From the NCBI GenBank assembly GCA_029953675.1, contig JAMWBK010000003.1:2480001-2544000 (forward strand): a stretch of DNA of 64,000 nucleotides. Direction: 5' to 3'. Numbering within the stretch: position 1 is the first letter of the stretch; every line of letters starts with the position of its first letter. Positions 38,460 through 50,498 of this stretch are shown piece after piece. Origin of the DNA: Rhodosorus marinus CCMP1338 (taxonomy: Eukaryota; Plantae; Rhodophyta). A program made the translations under genes and the position numbers. Under the pieces are notes generated by a model that worked only from the letters and a program-made list of their open reading frames with translations, was not told the DNA's origin and made no database searches.

Positions 38460-39700
38460 TGTGTAACAAAGCACCAGGTGCGGTTGGAAGTGATCATTCC
38501 GCACGTCGTCAGAACCATGGGCGATATGAGCTTACACGGGAAAACCGGAGCTTGGTTGAAAGGACTCCTAAGAGCCAGAGGCGGCGGTAGACGAACAGCC
38601 AAGAATCCTGTTGTTGAATCTACAACCCCGCAGGCGCTCAGACGAATAGCCCCTACCACTCACTGCGTGGAAGCGACGAGCAGGCTGCTAGAGCGCTGAT
38701 GCGACCCGCCCACAAGGAGGCCCTTTTGGTGAAGGCTATACATTGTTTGGAAATGAGCGAAGATACCCGATCTAAAGAGAGACTTACAACCGAAGCTCCG
38801 ACTTCAGCACATCACTCGCTGAGGGGCCCGGTTGTGGACTTCCAGAACGGGGAGCCAGGATAGGACGGGCGGACGGACGGACGGACGTGCATTAGTGAAA
38901 GGTAACCTCAGGGCTGGGTGCAGACACTGCTATTATTCTACCAGCGCACTAGATGCACTGGATTGTCAAAAGCAGCCTCGAGTATTCCCAGGAACCATGG
39001 CTTTCTCTCACAAAAAATGGAGTAGAACATTCGCCAGTGTGGAAGCTCGAAGTTTTGCCCTGCCTGGTGACCTCAAAACTATTCGGTCATGGGAATTTTG
39101 TGCATGGCATCGATTCCTGCTCAAAAGGATCGATTGTAGTGGAATTTTAACAATTAAATGAAATTATTGTATTAATCCTTAACCTTTGCCTGATTAGCCG
39201 GTTGGAAGTGTGCCAATGCTCGCCCTGGAGAAGAGCCGGAAGCAATAGAAAGTAGTGAAATCTTCTTGCCTGTCCCCTCACGGAACCGTAGCGAGTAAGC
39301 TCGTCTTCCTAGTCTCTTCACGGAACCTGTCATTAACGCTTTGGCGTTCGAACCCTGCTTTCTTGGTGGCGCGTGTCATCGGCGTCTTGCTTCCCGATTC
39401 TCAGGGTATTTAGGCTCTGAATAAGCGGAGGTGTCGAGCTATGGCTTTTTCGCAGAGAGCACATTCGCCAGTTTGGAACCCCAAGCTTTTCCCGCGCTGG
39501 TGACCTCAGCATTTGAGGTTTTGGGGTTTCCATCACTTGAGCGATTTGAAATAGGAAATTTGGTCCATGGCCACGATTCTATCGATTCCTGTGACTCTTC
39601 TTTCTTTTCCGAAGACACCCGCACAGGGTTGTTAGTTCTAACCACAGCGCTAAACTCAACGAACAGAGGAAACCAGAGTGAGTCTCAGGATTGGTGGATC
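38460..39700 (-). mobile_element. Decayed gypsy RT with an internal duplication
   Basis: KLGVPNWRMCSLRK (cf. KKDGxWRMCVDYRK), also seen as ELPHWRMF in the second copy; LRLPFTNAR (cf. RMPFGLxNA); LPPPLALRSPF (cf. PxPxxxxLRSF). Confidence 0.5.
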
Positions 39701-40403
39701 TCGGGCAAGGGGTGAAGCTTCTTCTCGCGAAAGAGCTCCCCCGCGTCGGCCGGGTCAGAAAGACGCCATTGGAGGACGTTTTCCCAACGACCGAGTGAAC
39801 TCCCGGGCGGCCTGCTGGCACCTGTCTTTCCATCGACTGCTGCGTAGAATCCAAGTTCTCATTCATGGAAAAAGGTGGACGGTTCCGGGCGTCTCCTACA
39901 GATTTGCGTTTGCCAGGCATCCTTCGCAGGCGGAGCAAGGTTCTCGCTCTGCAGGCTCTTTACGGCTATAGATCAAGGAGTTGTCCACGGCTTAGTGATT
40001 TTCTCAACTTGACGTGCTCCACACGATTCCACAGAATATTAATAAAGAAACCAATCAGTCCTATTTCTCCTGGTATCGGTGCTTCGTGCTCTCCCTGATA
40101 AGAAGGCGGGGTGATATCTTTTTAATGGGCCGTTTTAACATCGGACTGGGTGTGGTGAAGGACGCAGACGAAACCCGGTGACCTTACCCACTAGTTTTTG
40201 CACGGGGAAATTTCAGCAAAAGCGTGGTTTTTTTTGGTCTATTCCTTTTGGCAGGGTATGTGACATATGCCAGAAAGGTTGAGTGCGTCTTTTTCAGAGT
40301 CGGGAACGGGTCGGAGCTTAGTGGAAAGGGTGTTGTCAGGTTGTGTTTAAGCTCTTCTTCAAACTGTGACTAGTGTTGGCGCTGCGAGTTTGGCAGTTAG
40401 GCG

Positions 40404-40859
40404 ATGGAAGGTAAAAAGCAGGACAGCGACCACCAAGGCACGAAACGTGTCGTTCTTCCTAATGTTTACGTGCACGGGATGAAGGTGAAGAACGTTCAGG
40501 AGCCACAGGAGGGTGAGTCCACCAGCAAGGGTTCTGGGTCTGGGGAGCAGGATCAGCAGGAAGCCAAAGGTAGGGAAAATGAGGTACTGAGGGATGCTCA
40601 TTCTTTGGTTGAGGATGTTCTGCACTGTTGGATTTATGCTGTGGGTTTCTCGTACCATACTGCGTTCCCTATCGTATTTCGATATCCCGTCGTGCTAGAT
40701 AGAGCTTCACAACGTCGCGATCTACCGTGCCGTACGACTTGTTTTCCATTGTTGCACGCGGCTGGCTCCACTCGCGATACATACAGTTGCTTGTTTTACT
40801 TTCTTGTTGTTTCTCTTGAACATAGTTGCGCCATGAAAAGACAAGAAACGACTGGTTGA
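40404..40859 (+). CDS. Hypothetical ORF (151 aa); only the first 60 or so codons look coding
   Basis: ATG start and a hydrophilic, protein-like N-terminus; the rest reads like non-coding or intronic sequence. No recognisable domain. Confidence 0.3.
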   Translation: MEGKKQDSDHQGTKRVVLPNVYVHGMKVKNVQEPQEGESTSKGSGSGEQDQQEAKGRENEVLRDAHSLVEDVLHCWIYAVGFSYHTAFPIVFRYPVVLDRASQRRDLPCRTTCFPLLHAAGSTRDTYSCLFYFLVVSLEHSCAMKRQETTG

Positions 40860-40899
40860 CACTCGACTACCCTCGTTCCCTCTTATAATGCTTTAGGAA

Positions 40900-41950
40900 C
40901 AGGCAAATAGGTGCGCTTCCTTAATTCAGCCACTTGTGGGCTTCAGAAACCCGGAGAAACTACTCGCGGAGGAGTGACCATGTACAGAACTAACAAGATG
41001 AAAACGAGAAGACTTGAAGAAGATATGAGTCGTCGATCGATTCTCCAAGTCTTGCCTAACCACTAAAGTAAACTTTGAACAGATTTTGTTTTTCTACTAC
41101 TTGACAGTCGAAAGTGGGTTCGACCCTAAGCCTGTCAATTATACCCTGTGCCTAGGCATGAGCGTTTTTGAGGCCTCGAAATCAGTGAGCTGCCTGGAAG
41201 CCGACTCCAGTGCAGAAGGAGCTGCATTCATCTGCTGCTCTCCAGAAAAAGAGTGGTTCTGGAAAACGTAACGGGAGATAGTTGTGTGTTGAGAATATGA
41301 TACCATACCAGCAATCGCTCCTGTGCTTTGAGACAACGCGAAACAAACATATAGTACGCTTAAGGTTGATGAGCATATTGTCAAGAACATCCACTAGTAG
41401 GAAATGGTCATCGCTCTCCTTCAGGGGCTCTGAAACTAGCCGGATTCACCGTCAAAACCCGGGCTCTCTCCATTGCGTCGCAATGAGAACTGACAGTCTC
41501 TTCCTTCAAAACTTCGATCTAATTCTGAAACCTATTGGACTAGACCAAAGCTTGCTAATGATCCCTGATGATGGGCAACCATCGCTGCTGTTTGGCATAG
41601 TAGACTGTCCAGGTCGCCAACATACTACTCGAGCAGCTTGAAAGATATGGATTGCTGTACAAACTCGTCACTATTTGAATTAGGATAATTTCGTGTATCC
41701 AGTACATCACACGAATGTAATTCGTCGAGTGAGTACCGCTCGGGTTTGTGACGGCGAGTATTGCTTCGGGGTAAGGGAAGTCATACTTCTTCCCAAACGG
41801 AGTAATAAATCATAATATTTCATATGCTCTTCGGGCGTTCTTGATTTACCGAAAACCCCTGCAAAACCCTGTCCACATTTCCAAGAAGTTCGCGGGAACA
41901 AGAATTCTTTTTTTCATTGATTCCATTTTATGATGAGGTGGGACGCACCG
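40900..41950 (-). mobile_element. Decayed gypsy RT-RNase H
   Basis: KSRTPEEHMKYYDLLLRL..SLTPKQYSPSQT (cf. SKTxEEHLxHL..VLxRL..LNPxKCxFxQT); VCFALSQSTG..VSYS (cf. VGAVLSQ..IAYxS). Confidence 0.6.
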
Positions 41951-43061
41951 GGCACGGCCCCGCGGATGCGCTAAATTTGTCTCCTCTCCCGAGGGGTCTT
42001 GTGTTACAACAGGATCAGGTCTCCAATATTTCTAGAATTCATAAATAGTAAACATTTACCCCCTTGTCATGTTCGCAGGGAGGGTAAACGCCACTGCCCT
42101 CCCAACCCGCCCCCCAAACGCCTGCCATCATGTATTCTGAAGCAGCCAATCATCACCCACCCGACGGCGGAAACAATCAATGAAACCCCGAGTTTCCCCG
42201 CTACAGACGATGAAATTTCAACTGCAATACCCGAAACCTCCCAAACGAAGCAGAAAAAATTCAATATGTGGATCCATATTTTTATTTTTCGCCATAAAAA
42301 AAAGCCATTCACCCGTCCTCATCCCCCGATCGCGCTGTCGAACCCCTCTAATATAAACGAAACACGAATACAAATCCAATCAACATCTTCCAAGGATCTT
42401 GTCGAAACGACGTCCGCAATCAAAAACGACGAGAAATAGATTGAACAGGATCCTTGTTTTCTTTTCTCAAATGGGCCTGTCCCTCAGCGTGTTCTTGTCT
42501 GCAAAAAAAACAACTTCAAAAATAACAGAAAAACACGCAAACAAAGATGCATCAACAAACGACCATATGAAAAGGAGAAAAAAACCACTATAGTAGTTGA
42601 ATTTCTGTTGTTTTCAATTTTTACTCTCTTGTTTTTTGTTTTTTTTGAAGGTTCACTACACCCCCCTTCCTCGCCCGAGCCTCCACACACACACATACCC
42701 CCTCCGCCCTGTTCCCGCCCCTGGGGGGGTTCTTAAGTGTGTTGAACGTCGTGAGGGGAAAACGCGGAAAATCTTGGTTCATTGGATTATTTGTTTTTTG
42801 TGCTCCCCTTCCTTTTTTTTTTGGATAAGGAATGGGACACACTGAATGCTGGTATATTTTATATTGAAAAATTTGTAAAGTGTGATGTATTGGTATTGAG
42901 CCGGAAAGGGAGGGGGGGTGGGAAAGGAAGGGGAATCGGTTTGGTCTTTTTGAAAGGGTCCTGCTTAGGGTGAAGCCATTTGGTATAGACAAACCAGAGG
43001 TACTGGGGGATTGTTGGGTGCTGGCGTTATATGTCTGAGGGAGAGCTTGGGGGAATACGGT

Positions 43062-43106
43062 GGAGGGAGGGAGGGAGGGAGGGAGGGAGGGAGGGAGGGA
43101 GGGAGG
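43062..43106 (+). repeat. (GGAG)n microsatellite, about 11 copies, upstream of the cyclin gene
   Basis: Direct reading; runs of GGG separated by single A give G-quadruplex potential. Confidence 0.9.
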
Positions 43107-43512
43107 AAAACATCGTTAGATGGGCATGTGGGGGAAAGACGTGAGATTTCTGGCTTTGGAATTGGACGTTTTGGGTGAGTTGTGTTGAAAGAGGGGAGGG
43201 TTGATTTTGCTCTTGATAGTTCAGCTCCTGTGCTGATGCGGATGAGGGCGTGAGTTCGTCCTGCTGCAAAATATTATGGGTTGTTGAGCGCGGCGGGCGG
43301 GAGGGGGCGGCCGCCTTTGGTGTTGAGTTGATTCGAGGTTGATGAGGTTGCATTGACTTGGATGGGTACCGCGGCGAGACTAGCCGTCTATGTCAATTTT
43401 TTGCCGATCTTGAAGAAGAGGGCTTTTACTTTTGAGGTTTGAGGTTGCCTTTCGTCTTGGAATCAAGTCGAGTGCTTGTAAGGATCTAGTTGAAATACGG
43501 GAAGACTTCACG

Positions 43513-44550
43513 ATGCTTAAAGAGAATTTGGTAAGCTTGATTGGAAAGCATTAGTGGCCATTGGCCCAACAGGATACTGACGTTTGCTACATGACCGACT
43601 TACGCTGAATGTGGGTATTTCGTTCGTATTTTGCTTGGTTCGAAAGATTCAATCACTTCCCGCTTTGTTTGGGACTCAAAAGGCGAAGTCACTCGTTGAT
43701 TCAGAAGAGGCTCTGATCGCGGTTGTCTCGCACTCGCTGGAGAAAAAGGTTGCTACCAATGATACGGTAAGCAGAATTTTCTGTGGAAATTTGGATGTAA
43801 TTTTCGAAGACATTTAGGCCCACGAGTTTAATATCTATTTCGCCTTTGCTTCCGCAGGCCGATACGACTTCGGCGAGAACAACGATCTTCCACTCCGTGG
43901 CACCTCCTTCAATGTCGATTGCGGACTATGCACGGCGAATTGGTCGACATACTCCATGCTCGAAAGTTTGTTTTCTCGGGGCACTGCTGCTCCTAGAACG
44001 ACTCTGCGCCATTCACCCAAGCATGAAGCTGAACTCTCTCAATGCGCATAGAATGTTCCTGGCTGCGGTGACGGTCTCGGCCAAATTTTTTGACGATGAA
44101 GTTTGCAAGAACTCAGTTCTAGCTTTCATTGGAGGAGTACCTAGATCAGAACTCAACGCGCTGGAGATCACATTCCTCGCGCTTCTTCAACATCGACTTT
44201 TCGTTGTTAACGAAACCCTCGAAGACTTTGAGAGCAGTTTGATTACTGCGGTTATGGCAGGCAGAGACGACAAATCTTTCCAAGTTCAAAGAACTCTCTT
44301 GCGCTGCGGATGCGTGAAGCCGTATTCACTCTATGGCGATCGCCGAGGAAACGAGTTTTGCACGGAGAAGGATTCAGTCTATGTTCCCTCGGCGGGGGAC
44401 AAGAGTAAAACGCAGGCCCTACTTGATCCTATCGGCGAGGATCGCCCAGGGAGGCAACGGTCCACTAAATGTGTGGAGAGGAGAAGTCCCCAAGACAAAT
44501 TTTTGACCCAGAGGAGGGCTTTGGTCTCGCTGCAGTATGATCACAACTGA
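43513..44550 (+). CDS. P/U-type (PHO80-like) cyclin, about 276 aa; proposed exons 43513-43530, 43647-43766, 43858-44550
   Basis: FHSVAPPSMSIADYARRI..CFLGALLLLERL..LNSLNAHRMFLAAVTVSAKFFDD..IGGVPRSELNALEITFL. GTAAGC donors keep the frame. The 18-nt first exon is less certain. Confidence 0.92.
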
Positions 44551-45715
44551 TAAATCTGCACGGCGACTTAAAGGGGGTAACCCGAAGTGAAGTGTTTTCG
44601 TTGTAGAAGCCGTTCAAAATTGGCCTGGTGAAAGCTCGAGGCAGAAGGGAATGGGCTTGCATACCAAAAGAGACAATATTGTAGTTAATAGTCCTGAAAA
44701 TCAAAAAAAGTCAAGAACAGCAAAAGCTCTTGCTACGTGCGATAACAATGCTCTTCCTCGCGCACTATCGAACGCCGTCTACTGGGGGCCCCGCCTCTGA
44801 TGCCCTCGATACGTTGTGCCGGAGAAGAAACTATTGGCGGGCACTGCCGAGGCAGCGAGCAGTTCGTGCTCCTCCGAATCAACACGCACATAATTTATTC
44901 AGAGCCTCCGTCTCCTTTCATTCCTCTGAAAGGCGCTTTCTCCTAAAAAAAAAGAAAAAGAGAAGAAGAAGAAGAAGAGAACAGGACAGCGCTCCTGATT
45001 ACCAGAGGGTGATTGCTGTACATATCCAGTTCGCGAACAGCAAGAACCCTTGCCAATAAAGAATCACCAAAACCCTTCCGCATTGCCTGAGGGCAATTTA
45101 AATCCTGAATAAAACAAGAGAATATGCTTTTAAAAAAGGAGCATACCCTCCAAAAAAACTATTTTTGTAATATGAGTGACCAATAATACTGAAAATCGGG
45201 TTACGAAAATTCCGTATAAGCAAATCATTGGCCACAATATATAGTTTTCGATTAAGAAATCCGTTCATTTCGACTTTTGTCCGTTGAGAGCAAAAAGGTA
45301 TCTGATTTTCCCGGAAAAAACTCGTTTTGATGAATTTTGGGGAAATCTGCTGATTGTTCGTTATCTACGTGAAAAAGTATCATGCGGGGTAGAGCTGAGA
45401 TTTTCTCTTGGCCCGGCTAATTGTATTGAAATCGATGTAGTTTTTCTCTCAGGTTAAGGAAGTCGTTTTTGGAGCTCAGAGAGAAGTGCATCAGTAGGTT
45501 TGAGGAGGTTAGGGTGGGGGACGGGGGGGGAGGGAAGAGGAGGGTTTGACATAGGTTATGGGTGTGGAGGGAGCCTTTGCAATCGAAATCGAGGACAACT
45601 AGGGCCTTAATTGGCATCAGTTCTACTTTGTGCTGTTTTGTTGGAGAGGCTGAGGAGGTTTTGTTTTGAAGGGTTCTGCTGTTCTGTGTTGGAGTTATTG
45701 GGGAGGGGGGGGGGG

Positions 45716-47500
45716 ATGACCTTGTCCGTGGAAGAGCGGTTCGAAAACTCATGGAGTTTAGCCGACGATATTTTTCATGACAGGCTGAGGAAGGAGGCGG
45801 CTGCGGAGAAGCCGATAACTCTCCGGAATCCTTTCCTTTTTTGTACGTGCTTCCTCCGCGGCACCGTGCCCATCTCTTCACGTTGATTAAATATCCTCGT
45901 GGGAATGATGTTTGTGACATAGATGAGGGGCATCTCCCGAGTTTCGTCTTCACTCGTGCAGTGAAGGCTCTGAACGTTGAGTCGTTCAACCCCGATTACG
46001 ATTACATGTTCCAGAGGGGTATAGATCCGGACGTGGACGATCCTACCAAATGCCATGATCATCCAGAGACTCCAGCGCAGTGGCCAGAGCGAAGTCGAGT
46101 TGTGGAGTACAGAAACAGAGTTAGAGAGGTCCTCAGAGATAGTAAGTCACAGAAAACTTTAAAAGTCAGCTCAGCGTCAGTTGCTGATGATTGGGTCTAA
46201 CATGATAAAACGCAGGCGATCGAATGCACCAGCTGGATAGCATGGGCATGGCCGACATGTCCATTGAACATGATCTAATGCATATTGAGACGTTGCTCTA
46301 CATGGTGTTACAACTCGACAAAAGGTTCAAGCGCTGGTCCAGGGGTGAAGTGGACACTGCAAAATCATTGCTTCGAGGGATCCTGAGAGATGACTTGCCC
46401 GACCATGTTCGGATACCGAAAGGTACTGCCAAGTTAGGAAGAAGTCCGGAAACGAAGAAACAGCAATGGGGATGGGACAACGAATTCGGGGAATTGGAAG
46501 TGCAGGTGAATTCGTTTGAGGTAATGTTACCAATGCTCATTGGCACACTGTGTTTCAAGTCTCAGGCAGCGAAGGCTAACTATAGAGGATCCGGCACCGT
46601 CTCTGTGTCGGATTTTTACAGGCTTCTACCTTGCCAGTTACCGTCGGAGAATACGTTGAGTTCATGCGAGCCGGTGGATACCAGCGAGAGTCGCTTTGGC
46701 AGGAAGCAGATTGGAAATGGCGTATGAGGGAAAGCATTTCACATCCGAAGTGCTTAGTCCCTACGAATGAATCCACAGAAGAATGGGAATACTTAACGAT
46801 TCATTGTACTATGAGCATGGAGGTACGCTAACGTGTCAAAGGCTGGTCCTTCTTCTTGGTGTTCCGACTTGGTCGCTGAAGTGTTAGTTTGCAGGAAGCG
46901 AGGGATCTTCCAATTTTCGTCAGCCTCGGGGAGGCTCGTGCCTATGCAGCCTGGAAAGGAAAGAGGTACTGTAAACAATCGGTCAGGAAACGTGCGAGCG
47001 AATTAGGGAAATTTGTTTCTTAGTAGAATTCAATCACTGAATCGTATTTGCTGAGATCTCGATTGAAACGATGCGCGCTCAGGCTGCCTACTGAAGCTGA
47101 GTGGCACAGGATGGCGTTCGCTCGGCCCGGGGATGCGGAGGAGACCAGCTACCCGTGGGGAAATGAGAAACCAGTCCCGGGCGTTCATGGAAACTTTGGC
47201 TTCAAGTACTGGATTGCAGTTGGCGTAGGTCGCTTTCCAAGCGGAAAAAGCGCATTTGGGATCCTCGACTTGTTTGGAAACGGGTGGGAATTGACCGACA
47301 CTCCGTTTGAGCCGTTCCCTGGGTTTGAAGTGGACCCGGACTACCCGGGTTATTCTTCAGACTTTTTCGAGGGCAAGCACTATGTGCTTAAAGGAGGCTC
47401 GTGGGCTACAGAAACTCAACTGATAAGGAAGACGTTTCGAAATTGGTATCAGCGGAACTATCCGTACGTGTTCTCCAAATTCCGGCTCGTGAGCTCCTAG
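45716..47500 (+). CDS. egtB: EgtB/Egt1-like non-heme iron sulfoxide synthase (DinB-like plus FGE-sulfatase domains), about 446 aa; exons 45716-45842, 45923-46141, 46216-46520, 46622-46822, 46895-46965, 47083-47500
   Basis: Five GT-AG introns give one continuous 1341-nt frame. Motifs: LRNPFLFYEGHLP; RGIDPDVDDP; EHDLMHIE (H-x3-H-x-E iron motif); RLPTEAEW; NGWELT; VLKGGSW; FRNWYQRNYPY. Confidence 0.9.
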
Positions 47501-48030
47501 CGTCCTTCGACTTTTCGACTCGTGATAGAAAGCAAACAATGCTCAAACGTCCTCGTAAGGATGATCAGGGCCTTGCATGTCCCTGAGCCATATTCAGCCG
47601 CAACCTAAAAAAGGTTGAGTTTCCCACGTAGGTAGCGGAACTTCGTTACAGTTGGCTTTTCTTTAGGGTCAAGCAACGCTTCCGCGCTTGGCTTATCTCA
47701 ACCTAGAACATTAAACCATTGCCCACCCTTCTGCTTCCCGTCGGGGCAGCATACCGTGCGTTCTTTAGAAATTGTGTTTGGACATCAGAGAGAGCCAACC
47801 ATTACTAAATCTCAATGGATGTTGTGCTGAATCGCCGAACGGGCGTCTTCGTCTTCACATCGTGTGTCCGTCAGCGCGTCCGCGTAGAACCTGTCGCACT
47901 GTTGCCGTACAGTATCGCAACACCATGCTCATGTTTCCAAAGGGCAGTCGCAAAACAAACAGGTTACAACAATCCACCGTGGCTTCAAACTCTTCTCGGA
48001 TAACAGCGACCGCATATAGGACGAATGAGT

Positions 48031-49825
48031 CTACCCGAGAAGCATCCCTCTATTGCTGCTCATCATATGGGTGAGGTCTTGAAGCTGAACGTCGGGGTTG
48101 TCCTTCCGGCTAAACCATGGGTCTCTGTGGTAAAGTAACAAGCGTCTGAGTCAGCACCCAGAAAGAAGAGTTTTGGTACCATATCTGTCAAGGAGACTCT
48201 TACGCCAACAAATTATCCGCCGATGGACGTTCGGACGGATTAACCGCAAGCATTCGTTTGACTATTGACTTCGTCTGCTCGGAAATAGTGCCCCATTCCT
48301 TGTCTGGGAAGACGGGCCCCCGCATGACTCGATGAAGAAACTCATCGTGCTGATTGCCGTAGAACGGAAACTTTCCAGATAAGGTTATGTACAAGATCAC
48401 GCCACAGGACCAAATATCCACGGCTGGCCCGTACGGGCGACTGTTGTGCACTTCTGGAGCAGCATAGTACTTGGTTCCAACGTATGATACCAGTACGTTC
48501 CGATCTTGACTGTCGTTGGGTTCCGCAAAGTTTGCTAGACCGAAATCCGTAAGTTTGATCTGTAAAAAAGCACAAAGCAGAGAAGTCAGATATTCTGGCC
48601 TTTAGCTCTCATATTCACCAGGTAGAGACGTAACTGCAACATCCTTAGTACCTTCAGTGGCCACTCCTTGTTACAGCACAAAACATTCTCTGGCTTAATA
48701 TCTCGATGTACGATGCCCTGCTTGTGTAAATAAGCGACGCCCTCCAGCATGCTCTTCATCAGTTCAGCCGCTCGTTGTTCCGAAAAATGATTCTCGCTCG
48801 CAATCCTGTCGAAAAGTTCTCCGCCGCTGACATACTCTTGCACAAAGTAGATTTTTTGAGTGTCCTCAAAAACGTCATGAGTTTTGATGATGTTTGGATG
48901 CGCAATCGACTTCAGAATCTTAACCTCGCGAATGATGTATTCCCGTTCCTTCTTGCTCGCGCCTTTCCTCACAACCTTGGCACATTTCCCAACACAGGTG
49001 CACAGAATGAGCGATATGAGAACCAAACTCGCGCCAACCGTTTTCCTTACCGGCCAGCGCATGGGAGGACCTCGCTGGAGAACACAGCTTCAATAGCACT
49101 GTACGCACGTACCTTTATCGCAACGTCGGAGTCCGTCTGCTTGTTTCGGCCAAGAAAGACCTTCCCATAAGCCCCCTGTCCTATGAGCTTGCCGGTTGTG
49201 TAAAACACTTCGATATGTCGCGCTGAGGCTCTTTTCAGAGCTTTCTCCCAGTGACGGAAATCCTCCTAAGGATAGCAAGAACCGAAGCATTATCAGCGCA
49301 TGCTCAAACAAACTTCACCTAAACATTTTTTCCACTTCATCACTTGTTCGATTTTCTACAATTGCGGATCTCTACCAAATCTAAGCCTCTATCAAAGCTA
49401 GTTCACGTTCAAGCCCAGAAAAAACTCCTGTTCAAAAGTACACGCTCTCGATTGAAGTGGACTTCATCTATTGTGCCGATGCCCCAATTCTAACCTTACA
49501 TATTTCTAAGTGCGGAACACCGACAAAGTCCACAAGGGCTTACCTTAGACTGTGCTTTAAACACTAGGTTCTTCTCAGCTTGTTTCAACTCGAACTTCAG
49601 GTCCTTTTCCCAGCATTCAACCGGACATCCCCAGATGTTCATTTCCCACTTGATATCACCTTTCTCTTCGTTGCGCATTGTTAAAACGGTGTCATTCAAT
49701 TCTAGGTACCGTTTCTGAGGTATCCGCAGAAGTCCATCCTTCGTCACCCATCCCCACATAACCTTCTCTTTCTTATCAGCGGCCGCATTCTTTGCAGATT
49801 TTTTTCCTTTCCTGGAATCCTCCAT
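48031..49825 (-). CDS. CAMK-group Ser/Thr kinase with an N-terminal PH domain, about 402 aa; exons 49825-49544, 49265-49113, 48975-48652, 48559-48204, 48124-48031
   Basis: PH-like WGWVTKDG..QKRYLEL..WEKAL; kinase motifs GQGAYGKV, VAIK, HRDIKPEN, DFG, GTKYYAAPE, DIWSCGV, RPSA. All splice phases are consistent. Confidence 0.93.
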
Positions 49826-50498
49826 CTCGAAGATCTCCAACCCACCCAACCCCACCTCCTCCCCTTCCCCACCTGCAAAAAAAAGAAGACGAAACAACTC
49901 TGAAATATCCCAAACCCAAAGCCGACTCTCCTCAAACCCTCAATCCATCCTAGCAACCCACAACCTCGTAAAAACCTCCCATAGACACCACATACCCCTC
50001 TTCCCACACAAATTTCCCTTTCCTCTTTCCTAACGATTTATTTACTTCCCCATCCACCTCCTCCTTCTCTACTATCCCATCCAAGCCGGACAAAGAACTG
50101 TCCTTACTAAACATCATCTCCTCCTACTCCTCTTACACCAAACCCAGCCACCCCTCCCCACCCCCTCCCTCCCCCTCCCCCAACCTCCCTTCCGCCCCCC
50201 GCTCCTCCTTTCCCTCGCCTTCCCAACTCAAGAAATCCCACCCGACCCCCCAGCCTCCCCTTCCACACCCACAACCACCCACCCGCTCAAACAACTCTCC
50301 ATCAGAAAAGATCGTCCGTTAAAATCTCACAATCCCAACGTCCTCCTTACCACCCCCTTTCCCAATTTGCTTCTCTTTCAACTATTCATCAACGAAACCG
50401 ACAATATTTATTCTTCAAACCAATACTCCGCTCAACTGAAAGAGAAATATCTAACCCCCTGCGAATTCCCCCCAAACCAAAATAGCTTGGTTTGCACA

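Noticed and set aside
39431-40098. LRR/F-box-like fragments on the + strand (FPSLERFEIG, SCPRLSD)
   Set aside because: No regular LRR periodicity, and part of the region is better explained as antisense to a gypsy RT relic.
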